NCBI RefSeq assembly: GCF_964204645.1
Contig: NC_134025.1
Span: 1-64,000, forward strand
Reading direction: 5' to 3'
Length of the DNA stretch: 64,000 nt
DNA from: Tubulanus polymorphus
Lineage: Eukaryota > Animalia > Nemertea
In this document: positions 44,908 through 58,597 of the stretch, in pieces
How positions within the stretch are numbered: position 1 is the stretch's first letter
Layout: each line of letters starts with the position of its first letter
Notes under the pieces: generated by a model
Told to the model about the DNA's origin: nothing
What the model saw: only the letters and a program-made list of their open reading frames with translations
Databases searched by the model: none
Position numbers and translations under genes: made by a program

Positions 44908-46969
44908 ATGTCGGCTCATGATGATTTACCATTTAAAGCTGAATACGCAAAAAGTGGAAGAGCTTCGTGTAAATCATGTAAAACATCGATTAGTAAAGAT
45001 TCATTAAGACTCGCTGTTATGGTGCAGGTAACAATTACCCGTTCCTGGGCCCCAGCATCATCTTGCGCCCCCTCGGCCTCGCTCGGTGGGGCTGTGGGCT
45101 GGCAAACTCAAATTGTCAGTGCCCTGGGCCCTGCAAACTGTCGGCGCTCAAGGGCCAGCGCTGCAAAACTCACAAACTCAAAGTTTCAGTTTGCGAGTTT
45201 TGCAGGGCGGAGTGCTGACAGTTTCACTGAAACTGTCAGCGCTCCGGGCCCTGCAAACTGTCATTTTCAGCACCCCCCGGCCCAAAAAACTGTCATGTCA
45301 GTGTCAGTGACTGTCAGTACCCCCTGAGCCCAGGGGACCCCGCTCCCGCCCGGGCTCAGTACAATTCTACTCTATTAATGTGTTCATTTATTTGTAATTT
45401 CAGTCTCCTGCATTTGATGGAAAGGTAAGATTAGAATCTGGAGATAATAAATTTCAGATTTGAGTTTAAATAATGAATTGTTGTAATTGGCGACTGTTTA
45501 GATTCCGAACTGGTATCATGAGAAATGTTTCTGGAATCGAGCTAGAGTTAAAGCTTTCACCGATATTCATGGATTCGATTCATTACGTTGGGACGATCAG
45601 AAAAAAATCAAGGATAAACTCGGATGTGAGTTATCAGTTATTGAATTCATGAACAATTATGATATATAAACTGTGATATTTGTACTCTATTTGTAGTAAA
45701 CAGTGGTTCAGGAGACTCGGCCAGTTCCGAATCAAATGCTTACAAAGATTATAAGGTTGAATATGCAAAAACAGGACAAAGTAAATGTAGAGGATGTGAC
45801 GATAAAATAGGCAAGGTACGTTAACCCTAGCCTGGTCTAACCCTAGCCTGGTCTAACCCTAGCCTGGTCTAACCCTAGCCTGGTTTAATCTAGCCTGGTC
45901 TAACCTAGCCTGGTCTAGTCTAGCCTGGTCTAGTCTAGCCTGGTCTAACCCTAGCCTGGTCTAGTCTAGCCTGGTCTAACCCTAGCCTGGTCTAGTCTAG
46001 CCTGGTCTAGTCTAGCCTGGTCTAGTCTAGCCTGGTCTAGTCTAGCCTGGTCTAACCCTAGCCTGGTCTAGTCTAGCCTGGTCTAGTCTAGCCTGGTCTA
46101 GTCTAGCCTGGTCTAACCCTAGCCTGGTCTAGTCTAGCCTGGTCTAGTCTAGCCTGGTCTAGTCTGATTGATTGTATTGTATTTGTAGAGTTTAGTTCGT
46201 ATATCTAAGAAGGAATATACAAGTTTCCGAGCTCAGATGTACGGTCCGGCCGATGAGTGGCATCATGTTGACTGTTTTGTTAATAAACGTGATGAGTTAG
46301 AGTTCTGGAGCAGTATGGATGTAACGCTGTAAGTCAAATGTCTAATCTGTCTGTTCTGTCTAATCTAATACCTGTCTAATCTGTCTGTCCTGTCTAATCT
46401 AATACCTGTCTAATCCGTCTGTTCCTGTCTAATCCGTCTGTTCCTGTCTAATCTGTCTGTTCCTGTCTAATCCGTCTGTTCCTGTCTAATCCGTCTGTTC
46501 CTGTCTAATCTGTCTGTTCCTGTCTAATCCGTCTGTTCCTGTCTAATCTGTCTGTTCCTGTCTAATCTGTCTGTTCCGGTCTAATCTGTTCCTGTCTAAT
46601 CTGTCTGTTCTGTCTAATCTAATGCCTGTCACATTGTGTGTTTTGAGTTTATTTGTAAATTATATTTTGTAGAATTCCTGGTTTTCATGTGTTGAAGAAA
46701 GAAGATCGAGACGAATTGGTGGAGAAAATTGGGAAAGGCGACCCGTAAGTTTATGACCTCTCCCTCCCCTCCCCTCTACCTCCTCCTCCCCTCTCCCCCT
46801 CAACTCGAGTCCATCATAAATATTGTTGACTGATTCAGGAAAAAGAGAAAATCTGAAAGCAGCAAAACTGAACCGGCTTCTAAAAAGATGAAAACAGAGG
46901 ATGTAAAAATAGAGGCAGCTTTGAAGGTAATGTTTCAAACTGCAGTGAAGTTATATTAATGAGTCGGTC

Positions 46970-47037
<68 letters not shown>

Positions 47038-50000
47038 TTTGTAGAAACAAAGTGAATTATTGTGGAAAACAAGAGATGATTTACAGAAAACTGTCAGTAA
47101 TAACGCATTGAAAGGATTACTGGAATATAATAAACAGGAATTACCAGCAGGAGAATCAAGGGTTAGTCTCTCCCTCTCCTCCTTCCTCCCCTCCCTCCTC
47201 TCCTCCCTCCTCCCCTCCCTCCTCTCCCTCATGAATACCAGCAGGAGAATCAAGGGTTAGTCTCTCCCTCTCCCCCCTCCTCCCCTCCTATCCCTCATGA
47301 ATTACCAGCAGGAGAATCAAGGGTTAGTCTCTCCCTCTCCTCCCTCCTCTCCTCCCCTCCTCCCTCTTCTCCCTCTCTCCCCTCCTCCCTCCTCCCCTCC
47401 CTCCTCTCCCTCATGAATTACCAGCAGGAGAATCAAGGGTTAGTCTCTCCCTCTCCCCCCTCCTCCCCTCCTATCCCTCATGAATTACCAGCAGGAGAAT
47501 CAAGGGTTAGTCTCTCCCTCTCCCCCCTCCTCCCCTCCTATCCCTCATGAATTACCAGCAGGAGAATCAAGGGTTAGTCTCTCCCCCTCTCCTCCCTCCT
47601 CTCCCTCTCTCTCTCCCTCTCCCCCCTCCTCCCCTCCTATCCCTCATGAATTACCAGCAGGAGAATCAAGGGTTAGTCTCTCCCTCTCCTCCTCTCCTCC
47701 CTCCTCCCTCTTCTCCCTCTCTCCCCTCCTCCCTCCTCCCCTCCTCTCTCTCCTCCCCTCCTCTCCCTCATGAATTACCAGCAGGAGAATCAAGGGTTAG
47801 TCTCTCCCTCTCCTCCTCCTCTCCTCCCTCCTCCCTCTTCTCCCTCTCTCCTCCCTCCTCTCCTCCCTCCTCCCTCTTCTCCCTCTCTCCTCCTCTCCTC
47901 CCTCCTCTCGGCCACTCCCTCTTCACTCTCCTCCCTCCTCTCATAAATTACCAACAGCAGAATTGGGTTTGTGAGTTAAATATCTGATAAAGAAACTGTT
48001 TATTTCAATGAATGGATTTATTTTTATATTGTGTAGTTATTGGATCGTGTTTCTGATGGAATGGTGTTTGGTGCTCTTAAACCATGCCCGGAGTGTAAAG
48101 GACAGCTTGTTTATAGGTATAGTACAGTACTCCCGCCGACAGGGGGCGCTAGTGTCTCTATCGAGGGTGTCTTGTAATATTGTGTTATATAGTTCTACAG
48201 GTGGCTATGTTTGTACCGGAAATATATCAGAATGGACTAAATGTATGTATGTCACTAAAACACCGCAGAAAACACAGTTTAAAATTCCTACCGAATATAA
48301 GGATGTTGATTGCCTGTAAGTATTATTCAAACTTCTGTGTATGAAATTTTCCTGTTGATTAGAATCACCCTCTAAATCTGGGTCCAGTTGCTTAAAGGTT
48401 GTTTAAAGTTAACCAGTGGATAGTTGACATAGTGACAATTAAAAGTTCATTGTTACTATGGTATTTATCCACTGGTTTAACCAACTTTTGAACAACTGAC
48501 CCCGAGATTATATAAATTGGATACTCAGCGGAGGTGAACGAATATCTTGACAACTCCTTTTTCTCTGATTTCAGGAAGAAATATAAATATGTGAAACGAG
48601 ATCGAATATTCCCGAAGGAGACGGCGATGAGTTCCACGTCGACCGGACCAATCAGCTCCGCATCCGATCCAACTCAATCGGCGTGAGTCAGTTAAATTAA
48701 CTCCCGATTCAATCGTTAAACATCGATTTAAACTGTTATATTTTCTCTTCAGAGCAAGACCCGATAAACCGTTGTATAATCTGAAGTTTGTGTTGTGCGG
48801 TAAATTCTCTAAACCGTCAGGTGAATTAAAGAAATCAATCCAGGATCTCGGAGCGAAGATCACTAGTAAAGTGACGAAAGATATCGCTGCAGTGATTTCT
48901 AATAAAGGTAGCGCCACTAGTTCCCTCTTCCCCGCTCGCCACTGCTCTCTATATGAAGGGTTTTAAACATAACTATGTATATATATATATATATATATTT
49001 ATAGATGAAATTGCGGCTATGTCGACTCAAATAGCGTCTGCTCAGAAACTCGATATACAAATTGTTGATGAGGAGTTTATAACAGCAGTCGTTAAAGGAG
49101 GTTGTGTGGAGCTGATTAAAAAACATAACATTTCATCGTGGGGCGCTGATGTAAGTATCAATCTGCTGAGATACCACATCTCAGATACCGCAGTATCTCA
49201 GATATCACAGAATCTCAGATATCACAGTATCTGAGATATCACACCATCTGAGATATCGCAGAATCTGAGATCACAGAATCTGAGATATCACACCATCTGA
49301 GATATCACAGTATTTGAGATACCACAGTATCTGAGATATCACAGTATCTGAGATATCACAGTATCTGAGATACCACAATATCTGAGATACCACAGAATCT
49401 GAGATATCATACCATCTGAGATATCGCATAATCTGAGTTATCACAGTATCTGAGATATCACACCATCTGAGATATCGCATAATCTGAGATCACAGAATCT
49501 GAGATATCACACCATCTGAGATATCACACCATCTGAGTTATCTCAGTATCTGAGATATCGCAGAATCTGAGATATCACAGTATCTGAGATATCACAGTAT
49601 CTGAGATACCACAGAATCTGAGATATCACAGTATCTGAGATACCACAGAATCTGAGATATCATAGTATCTGAGATGTCAGCAGGAGAATACATTGAATGT
49701 TTTCTATATTTCAGCCTGCTAGTAGAATCGGTGATGCCTTAGAAACTCCTAATACTAAAAGTGTTGGCAAAAGTTTCGCTTCAGCCAAATCTAAGTCAGC
49801 AGGTAAAATAATCAATACCACTACATGTACGTCATGTATTGATTTCACATGTAACATGTACGTCATGTATTGATTTCACATGTAACATGTATGTCATGTA
49901 TTGATTTCACATGTAACATGTACGTCATGTATTGATTTCACATGTAACATGTACGTCATGTATTGATTTCATATGTAACATGTACGTCATGTATTGATTT

Positions 50001-53000
50001 CACATGTAACATGTAGGCCTATGTCATGTATTGATTTCACATGTAACATGTATGTCATGTATTGATTTCACATGTAACATGTACATGTAATGATTTCACA
50101 TGTAACATGGCTGTTTCGATATTTTATAGATGCTCATTTTACGAAACATCTACCGAGTAAAGTGAAGATGATGGTAAAAGGTGGCGCTGCAGTAGATCCT
50201 GATTCAGGATTAATGGATAAAGCTCATATTCTACAGGACCGAGGCGGGGACCCGATGAGTGTCGTTCTAGGAATGGTCGATTTAGTGAAAGGAACCAATT
50301 CCTATTATAAATTACAGCTATTAGAATCTGATAAAGGAGCGAGATATTGGGTGTTTAGATCTTGGGGTCGAGTTGGAACAACTATTGGTAATAACAAGCT
50401 GCAAGCATTCAATAGGTCAGTCTCACTCTACTCTCCACGCATGGTGGTGGTACACTGTGCCACTCCTCCGACTGTGGTGGTGGTGCTGTGCCACTCCTCC
50501 GACCGTGGTGGTGGTACTGTGCCACTCCTCCGACTGTGGTGGTGGTGCTGTGCCACTCCTCCGACCGTGGTGGTGGTACTGTGCCACTCCTCCGACCGTG
50601 GTGGTGGTACTGTGCCACTCCTCCGACTGTGGTGGTGGTACTGTGCCACTCCTCCGACCGTGGTGGTGGTACTGTGCCACTCCTCCGACCGTGGTGGTGG
50701 TACTGTGGCACTCCTCCGACCGTGGTGGTGGTACTGTACCACTCCTCCGACCGTGGTGGTGGTACTGTGTCACTCCTCCGACCGTGGTGGTGGTACTGTG
50801 CCACTCCTCCGACTGTGGTGGTGGTACTGTGCCACTCCCCCGACCGTGGTGGTGGTACTGTGTCACTCCTCCGACCATGGTGGTGGTACTGTGTCACTCC
50901 TCCGACCGTGGTGGCGGTACTGTGCCACTCCTCCGACCGTGGTGGTGGTACTGTGCCACTCCTCCGACCGTGGTGGTGGTACTGTGCCACTCCTCCGACC
51001 GTGGTGGTGGTACTGTGCCACTCCTCCGACCGTGGTGGTGGTACTGTGCCACTCCTCCGACCGTGGTGGTGGTACTGTGCCACTCCTCCGACCGTGGTGG
51101 TGGTACTGTGCCACTCCGACCGTGGTGGTGGTACTGTGCCACTCCTCCGACCGTGGTGGTGGTACACTGTGCCACTCCTCCGACCGTGGTGGTGGTGCTG
51201 TGCCACTCCTCCGACTGTGGTGGTGGTACTGTGTCACTCCTCCGACCATGGTGGTGGTACTGTGTCACTCCTCCGACCGTGGTGGCGGTACTGTGCCACT
51301 CCTCCGACCGTGGTGGTGGTACTGTGCCACTCCTCCGACCGTGGTGGTGGTACTGTGCCACTCCTCCGACCGTGGTGGTGGTACTGTGCCACTCCTCCGA
51401 CCGTGGTGGTGGTACTGTGCCACTCCTCCGACCGTGGTGGTGGTACTGTGCCACTCCTCCGACCGTGGTGGTGGTACTGTGCCACTCCGACCGTGGTGGT
51501 GGTACTGTGCCACTCCTCCGACCGTGGTGGTGGTACACTGTGCCACTCCTCCGACCGTGGTGGTGGTACTGTGCCACTCCTCCGACCGTGGTGGTGGTAC
51601 TGTGCCACTCCTCCGACCGTGGTGGTGGTACTGTGCCACTCCGACCGTGGTGGTGGTACTGTGCCACTCCTCCCCACACAGATGGGGAAATCTTTCCATT
51701 CTTCTACCTATAATTTTGTGTTCAAACATGAATGAATTGGAGAATTTGTAAATGTCGCCATGTTTTCACATTTGTCTTCTTTATTGTTATGTTTTACCAT
51801 TATTTTAACTGTTTTATTTGTTGCAGCAACAAAAATGAAGCAATTCGAGATTTCCAAAGTTTATACCTGGATAAAACCGGTAACGACTGGTCGGATAGAA
51901 AAAACTTCCAGAAACAACCGAACAAATTCTATCCACTCGAACTGGATTTTGGACAAGATGATGAAGATGAATTAGAATCAGTTTCAGCAGCGAAATCAAA
52001 CTCTAAATTACCGAAACCGGTCCAGAAATTAATCGAATTGATTTTTGATATCGAAACGATGAAAAAAGCGATGCTTGAATTTGAGGTATCCGAGAATTTT
52101 CAATCTTTATCGTTTTCTAAAATCTGAAATTCTCCTAAAACGTCGTGAAATATTTTGTAGATCGATTTGAAGAAAATGCCGCTTGGAAAACTATCGAAGA
52201 ATCAAATTGAGAAAGCGTATAAAATATTGACAGAATTGAATAAATTAGTTGAAGGAGGTGGAACAACTACTAAATTCCTGGACGCTTCAAACAGATTTTA
52301 TACTTTAATTCCTCATGATTTCGGGATGAACAAACCACCGTTACTGGATACAGCTGATGTGATTAAGGTATTCACCACTAGGGGGTGTTAATTCGTCGTT
52401 ACTATAGCGACGATTATAAATTGATTGTTGTACATGTTTTAGGCTAAGACGGAAATGTTGGATAATTTGTTGGAGATTGAAGTGGCTTACAGTTTACTGA
52501 AAGGTGGAAATAAAGGCAAAGATCCGATTGATGCACATTACGCTCAACTTAAAACTGATATGGAGGTTAGTACGGTTTAATTGATTGTTAGTTAGGGTTA
52601 ACGTGAACCTGGTTTAGTTTAGAGTTTTCACTGATATTTTTATGAGGTGTTTATTTGATTTTCAGGTGATGGATCAAAAAAGTGATGAATTCAAACGATT
52701 GGTTGAATATGTGAAAAACACACATGCTACGACTCATAGTGGATATAAACTAGATGTTAAACAGGTACGCCTCTCTCCTCACCTATCTACTCACCTCCCT
52801 CTACCTCTCCCCCTCACCTATCTACTCACTTCCCTCTTTCTCACCTCTCCCCCTCACCTCTCTACTCACCTCCTCTCTACCAACCTCACTCTCTACCTCC
52901 TCCCCGGCCTCTCTCATCACCTCCTACTCACCTCTACCTCTCCCTCACCTCTCCTCAACCTCGCTTATAACCTCTCACTCTGATTGTCTCCACAGATTTT

Positions 53001-53964
53001 CAAGGTTGAGCGTGAAGGTGAAACAGCGCGTTATAAACCGTTTAAACAATTAGACAATCGTCAGTTATTGTGGCACGGATCGAGGATTACAAATTACTGC
53101 GGTATTTTATCACAAGGATTGAGAATCGCTCCTCCTGAAGCTCCTGTCGTAAGTTCAACCACCTCATTATTCACACTGTGGTTTCCTGTGGATGTATTTA
53201 GACTGGTTTCCTGTGGATGTATTTAGACTGGTTTCCTGTGGATGTATTTAGACTGGTTTCCTGTGTATTTATATTTATAGACCGGGTATATGTTTGGTAA
53301 AGGTGTCTATTTCGCTGATATGGTTTCTAAAAGTGCTAATTATTGTCATGCGTCGAGATCGAATCCGACCGCATTGTTGATGCTGTGTGAGGTGGCGCTT
53401 GGAAACATGTAAGTATCGGCTGTGAGGGCAATGTCATACTACACAACAATTACATCATTAATTCACTCATCTTTAATTCACTCATCTTTAATTCATTCAT
53501 CTTTAATTCATTCATCTTTAATTCACTCATCTTTAATTCTAGGTACGAGAAAAAACAATCTGAGTTCATTACAAAACTTCCTAAAGGCAAACACAGCACT
53601 AAAGGTAAGGTTAAAAAGAAGGAATGCTCCAGATTCGCTCGATAGGGAGGACTGCTCCTGATAACCGATATATATTGATGATTGATAGGTTTAGGAAGGA
53701 CTGCTCCAGATAGTTCTCAATCATACACTACTGATGATGGAGTTGTGATACCGATGGGGAAAGGTGTCGATTCTAAAGTCGATGGATCAAGTTTATTGTA
53801 CAACGAGTATCCTTTTATCAAAGTATCGCCCTCTATAGGTGACCGAATGAACGAACAATCATTTTGGATCCTTAACACAGTTTTATTACAGATTCATTGT
53901 TTATGATGTCAGTCAAATTAATATCAAATATCTGCTACAAACTGAGTTTATTTGGAATTGTTAA
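44908..53964 (+). CDS. PARP1: Poly(ADP-ribose) polymerase 1, more than 20 exons
   Basis: ZnF1 [14 protein letters not shown]; ZnF2 [14 protein letters not shown]; ZnF3 [26 protein letters not shown]; BRCT; WGR ([17 protein letters not shown]); regulatory [10 protein letters not shown]; catalytic [39 protein letters not shown]. Confidence 0.97.
45823..46625. repeat. Two minisatellites in consecutive PARP1 introns
   Basis: CTAGCCTGGTCTA(ACC/GT) at 45823-46165; CTGTCTAATC(C/T)GTCTGTTC at 46340-46625. Confidence 0.92.
47139..47960 (+). repeat. Tandem duplication of a PARP1 exon end plus splice donor
   Basis: GAATTACCAGCAGGAGAATCAAGG|GTTAGTCTC recurs ~7 times after the true exon end, separated by C/T tracts. 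Confidence 0.9.
49170..50108. repeat. Two minisatellites in PARP1 introns
   Basis: ATCTGAGATATCACAGT at 49170-49680; 31-bp ACATGTACGTCATGTATTGATTTCACATGTA at 49823-50108. Confidence 0.92.
50441..51672. repeat. 31-bp minisatellite, PARP1 intron (source of many spurious ORFs)
   Basis: GTGGTGGTGGTACTGTGCCACTCCTCCGACC x ~39. Confidence 0.97.
53807..53891 (+). other. U12-type GT-AG intron in PARP1
   Basis: Donor GTATCCTTTT, branch point TCCTTAAC at 53869-53876, AG at 53890-53891. Splicing gives YNE-FIVYD. Confidence 0.92.
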
Positions 53965-54624
53965 AAACAGACTCCGAGGAGGGGAACATAGCGCATTTAT
54001 ATATCACAGTAATCAGCATGACACCAGGGGGCGTTACATGTACTTAATGGTTCCGATATAGAAACCACTCACTTTAATTAATTGTAATTGACATTTTTAA
54101 TTTTTTTTTTTTGCTCAATCGCTTTGAATTATTGATTTATGATCTATATTTCATAAATAAATAAACGGCTTCAGTGCATTAGATTTAATATCAACGTTTG
54201 TTAGTTTTGTCTCGGACTCCTCAATCACCTCCTCAATCCTCTATCCTCCCCTCTCTCCTCTCCTCTCCTGAATGCTGTCTGCTGCATCTGTTTAAACTCA
54301 ACCACAGAAAGAAGAACCAGAGGAAGAAGTTTTTTCTGTACTGGCATTTAATATTAGTTTATTATAATGAGATCACAGAGTATTACATTAGGAAGAATTA
54401 CTACAGTGCTGCCACCTTTATTATACTCCCTTTACCAATTCAAACATTTGTTCAATTAAAACTATTTCACCGAACACAAATCTATCTTAATACTGATTGG
54501 TCAATCATCAAACATGGACACAGCTGATTGGTCAATCACTGGGCATGGACAGCTGATTGGTCAATCAACGGGTATGGACACAGTTGATTGGTCAATTCTG
54601 AGCACGACAGACGTGATTGGTTAA

Positions 54625-57453
54625 TCAATCATCACTAGGTCCAATCATATGTTCAGGACACACCCACTGATCGAACTGTTGTTCTGTAAGTAGATGTAAT
54701 TCTACTGCAGCCTGTTTCAGAGTCTGGTGATGCTGATGGGCGTGTTTAGCAATTTTAGCTGCATTATCGTAACCGATATACGGATTCAATGATGTCACTA
54801 ACATCAGTGATTCGTGCATCAATTTATCGATTCTTCGCTGATTCGCTTTGATTCCTGAGATACAGTTTTTAGTGAATGAATTCAATCCGTCTGCCAACAA
54901 TCGAGCGGATCGTAAAACATTACTCACTATCAACGGTTTAAATACGTTTAATTCAAAATGTCCGCTAGCGCCACCTACAGTCACCGCAACGTTATTACCC
55001 ATTATTTGAGCAGCAATCATCGTTATAGACTCGCATTGAGTCGGATTTACTTTACCTAGAAATACAATACACAATACATTACAATACATAACAATACAAT
55101 ACTGAGTACAATACAATTTACAATACAATATGTATCATAACAGATGTTTCTTTATGATTCCTGTTTTATGAGTAATTATATATTTTACCATGAATATAAT
55201 TCAGGTAATAAATGTTTTATTGAACGCACCTGGCATGATGCTACTTCCTGGTTCATTCTCCGGTAAACTGATCTCTCCTATCCCACATCTCGGACCCGAT
55301 CCTAACATTCTTATGTCATTAGCTATTTTCATGATACTGACAGCGATCGTATTGAGAGCTCCGTGAACCTCAACGAGGGCGTCTCGCGCTGCTAGGGCTT
55401 CAAATTTATTCGGAGCCGTTATAAATGGTAAACCTACAAGCAGACAAACCTCGAGTTAAACCTCAATTTCCCATCATTAATAACAGAATCTGAAATGGTT
55501 TCTTTCAGTAAAACAAACATAGAATAGAAACAGATAAAAGTGTATTTTTTAACCTGTCTCCAGAAAGAGCCTCAGATCTTGATCCCGCAAACAAACCTGT
55601 TAATTCAGCAATTGTCTTCGCCATTTTCTCAGCAAAACCTTTCTTCGAATTCAATCCCGTGCCTACAGCAGTGCCACCTGCTGCCAGATGATATAACCGA
55701 GGAAGAGTTGATTCAAGACGCTCGATACTGAACTCTATTTGTTGAGTATAACCGCTGAATTCCTGTCCTAACGTTAGAGGAGTCGCATCCTTAAAAACAA
55801 TCAATACCTCATTCATATCTGAACTAAGGCTCCCTTTTTGATTGTTCTCATCCAGAAAAGGAATTTACTTTCAATTGCTACATTTTGAATTGTTCCGTCT
55901 CTGGCAACAGTAGAAATATTCTACAGGGAAGAACATTTCATCATCGAGAAATGCCCAATCATAAAGACACAGATATTGAGGGGTTTACCTGAAGATGTGT
56001 CCTGCCGATTTTAATAATATTGGAGAATTCCTGAGTTTTATTATCTAAAGCTTGATGTAAAGTTTGTAAAGCAGGTATAACATGTTGTGTGACCTCAATA
56101 GCTACAGCTATATGCATCGCAGTAGGGAATGAATCATTGGAGCTCTGTGAAATAGAAAACAGTGTGAAATAGAAATACAGTGTGAAATAGAAAATAAGTT
56201 TAACAAATTTAATGATCTCCATACGAACTGATCCCCACTTACACCCCTTCCCTGTGGACTGGTTCCCACATACACCCCCTGTAGACTGGTTCCCATGTAC
56301 ACCCCTCCCCTGTAGACTGGTTACCACGTACACCCCTCCCCTGTAGACTGGTTACCACGTACACCCCTCCCCTGTAGACTGGTTTCCATGTACACCCCTC
56401 CCCTGTAGACTGGTTACCATGTACACCCCTCCCCTGTGGACTGGTTCCCACATACACCCCTCCCATGTAGACTGGTTACCACATACACCCCTCCCCTGTA
56501 GACTGGTTACCATGTACACCCCTCCCCTGTAGACTGGTTACCATGTACACCCCTCCCCTGTAGACTGGTTCCCATGTACACCCCTCCCCTGTAGACTGGT
56601 TACCATGTACACCCCTCCCCTGTAGACTGGTTCCCATGTACACCCCTCCCCTGTAGACTGGTTCCCACGTACACCCCTGTAGACTGGTTTCCACGTACAC
56701 CCCTGTAGACTGGTTGCCACACACATACCTGACTCTTATTAACATGATCGTTAGGATGAACCGGTTTCTTGCTGCCTAAAACTCCTCCTAGTTTCTCAAT
56801 CGCTCGGTTACTGATCACTTCATTCATATTCATATTAGTTTGAGTTCCGGATCCTGTCTGCCAAATCACTAACGGGAAATGATCGTTTAAATCTCCGTTT
56901 ATTACCTACAACAATCAGATATGATAGTTACCGTCACCGTGGTGATTAGTTAGCGGGTGAGTGAGTGAGTAGTGTTTATACCTCATCAGCCGTTTGAATA
57001 ATGATCTCAGAAATACGTGAATCTAAACCTGCATCAGAATGATTGACGATAGCAGCAGCTTTCTTTAGTATCGCTAGAGCTCGAATTACCTGAAACTATA
57101 TATATATATATACAACACTGGAGTCATTAGAGAGTCCCATACAGGAGTCATTAGAGAGTCTCTCACAGGAGTCCCATACAGGAGTCATTAGGGAGTCTCT
57201 CGCAGGAGTCACACCCTGGGGAGTCACTGTATCAGTACTCTGTGGTGTATGAATGGAATATGAATTCACTTACAGGCATACGTTCTGAGTTACGGTCACC
57301 GATTGGAAAGTTTTTAATCGATCTTGCGGTATTAGCTCCGTAATATTTATCAGCTGGAACCTCGATAGTTCCGATACTATCAGATTCAAGTCGATATTCC
57401 ACCGTGGACGAGTCTCCATTCATCATAACTGAGCCTGCTGAACCTGAACTCAT
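54625..57453 (-). CDS. FH: Class II fumarate hydratase (fumarase), multi-exon
   Basis: [14 protein letters not shown]; [21 protein letters not shown]; [24 protein letters not shown]; [22 protein letters not shown]; signature [20 protein letters not shown]; [21 protein letters not shown]. Confidence 0.95.
56240..56722. repeat. ~31-bp minisatellite, FH intron
   Basis: CCCCTGTAGACTGGTTACCATGTACACCCCT. Confidence 0.93.
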
Positions 57454-58597
57454 TCCTCTCTCTCTCTCTGTAATTAATTAAATAACTGTTAACTACAGTA
57501 ACTTAATTGTGGATATTTTGCAAAATATCACCGACACCTGCCTTAATCTAAATCGTTGTTACCCCTAATTTAACCCAGACTCACAACACAGAATGTGAAC
57601 GATCACCTTACCCTGCTGATATCTGTCTGTTTGTCTCTATAAAACACACAGTTATAAAACAGTGACGAAGCGAATAGCGTGTCAAATAAACAGTTAATTG
57701 AATTGAATTGAATAAAATTTAATTTGATTCGAATGAATAAAGTTGAGTTGAATTGTTGAATATACAAAACGAAATGCTGAAACGATCATTTGATGCTTTT
57801 TTATTAATCTATAACATAAAACCATCTGAATCATCTAAATATAATTAAAAACTGTTTAGTTAGGTAAATATTCTCATTTATAATTGAAAACTGTTGCCGA
57901 ATTTATGAAAATACAAAATAGTTTGACTTTTAGATGAACTAAATACGGAAGTAAAGCGATTAACGTGGCTGGGGGAATTCCGGATTTTACTTCCTGGTTG
58001 CCGTGGGTAATTTAAATGATGATGAGAGTTTAGGGAGTTTGTGAGTTCGACTTGCACTATTTCTGTACATTCTTCACAATGTCCCCAAGAGTTTCCGTAA
58101 AACAACGTTGTAAAATTTCCATAGCGAAAAAAGGGGTCGAGCCCCCAATGTCGAACTGGCAGAGGTCAGTAGTGCCATCGATCCAAGGACCAAGAGAGTG
58201 TCTAATCGAACAGGTGTAATGGACATCTGAATGATACCCTGGTGCCCTTTGTGGGTTCAGTGCGTGGAGCTGTTCTCATGCTCTGGGATCGTCACATTTT
58301 CAAATTGAAAATCAAGTTTTTACGTGTCCTAGACCTAGACCTCATTCAATCAAAAATAGATTTACAGTCAACAAAGATCAGATTAATTCAATTTAATTGC
58401 CATTATAGAAATTGACATTGACATTATTGTTAGTTTATTGAACTGGCAATTTGCCAGGAAAACTTTGATCACTGGTTAATACATGTTTAATATTCTATAG
58501 TTTATTTACAGGTATGTGCTGACAGCAGATAGACAGCAGACTGACAGCAGATAGACAGGACACAGACAGCAGATAGACAGCAGATAGACAGGAGATC

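Noticed and set aside
50373-51751. Long ORFs in all six frames
   Set aside because: 31-bp minisatellite lacking stops; only 50130-50414 is a real PARP1 exon.
52086-52160. Possible U12 intron in PARP1 (donor GTATCCG)
   Set aside because: Lacks the TT(T) at +7 to +9 and a TCCTTAAC branch point; treated as U2-type.
58040-58330. Possible ncRNA/snoRNA in the LPGAT1 5' intron
   Set aside because: No complete C/D or H/ACA box set or convincing fold by eye; needs an Rfam search.
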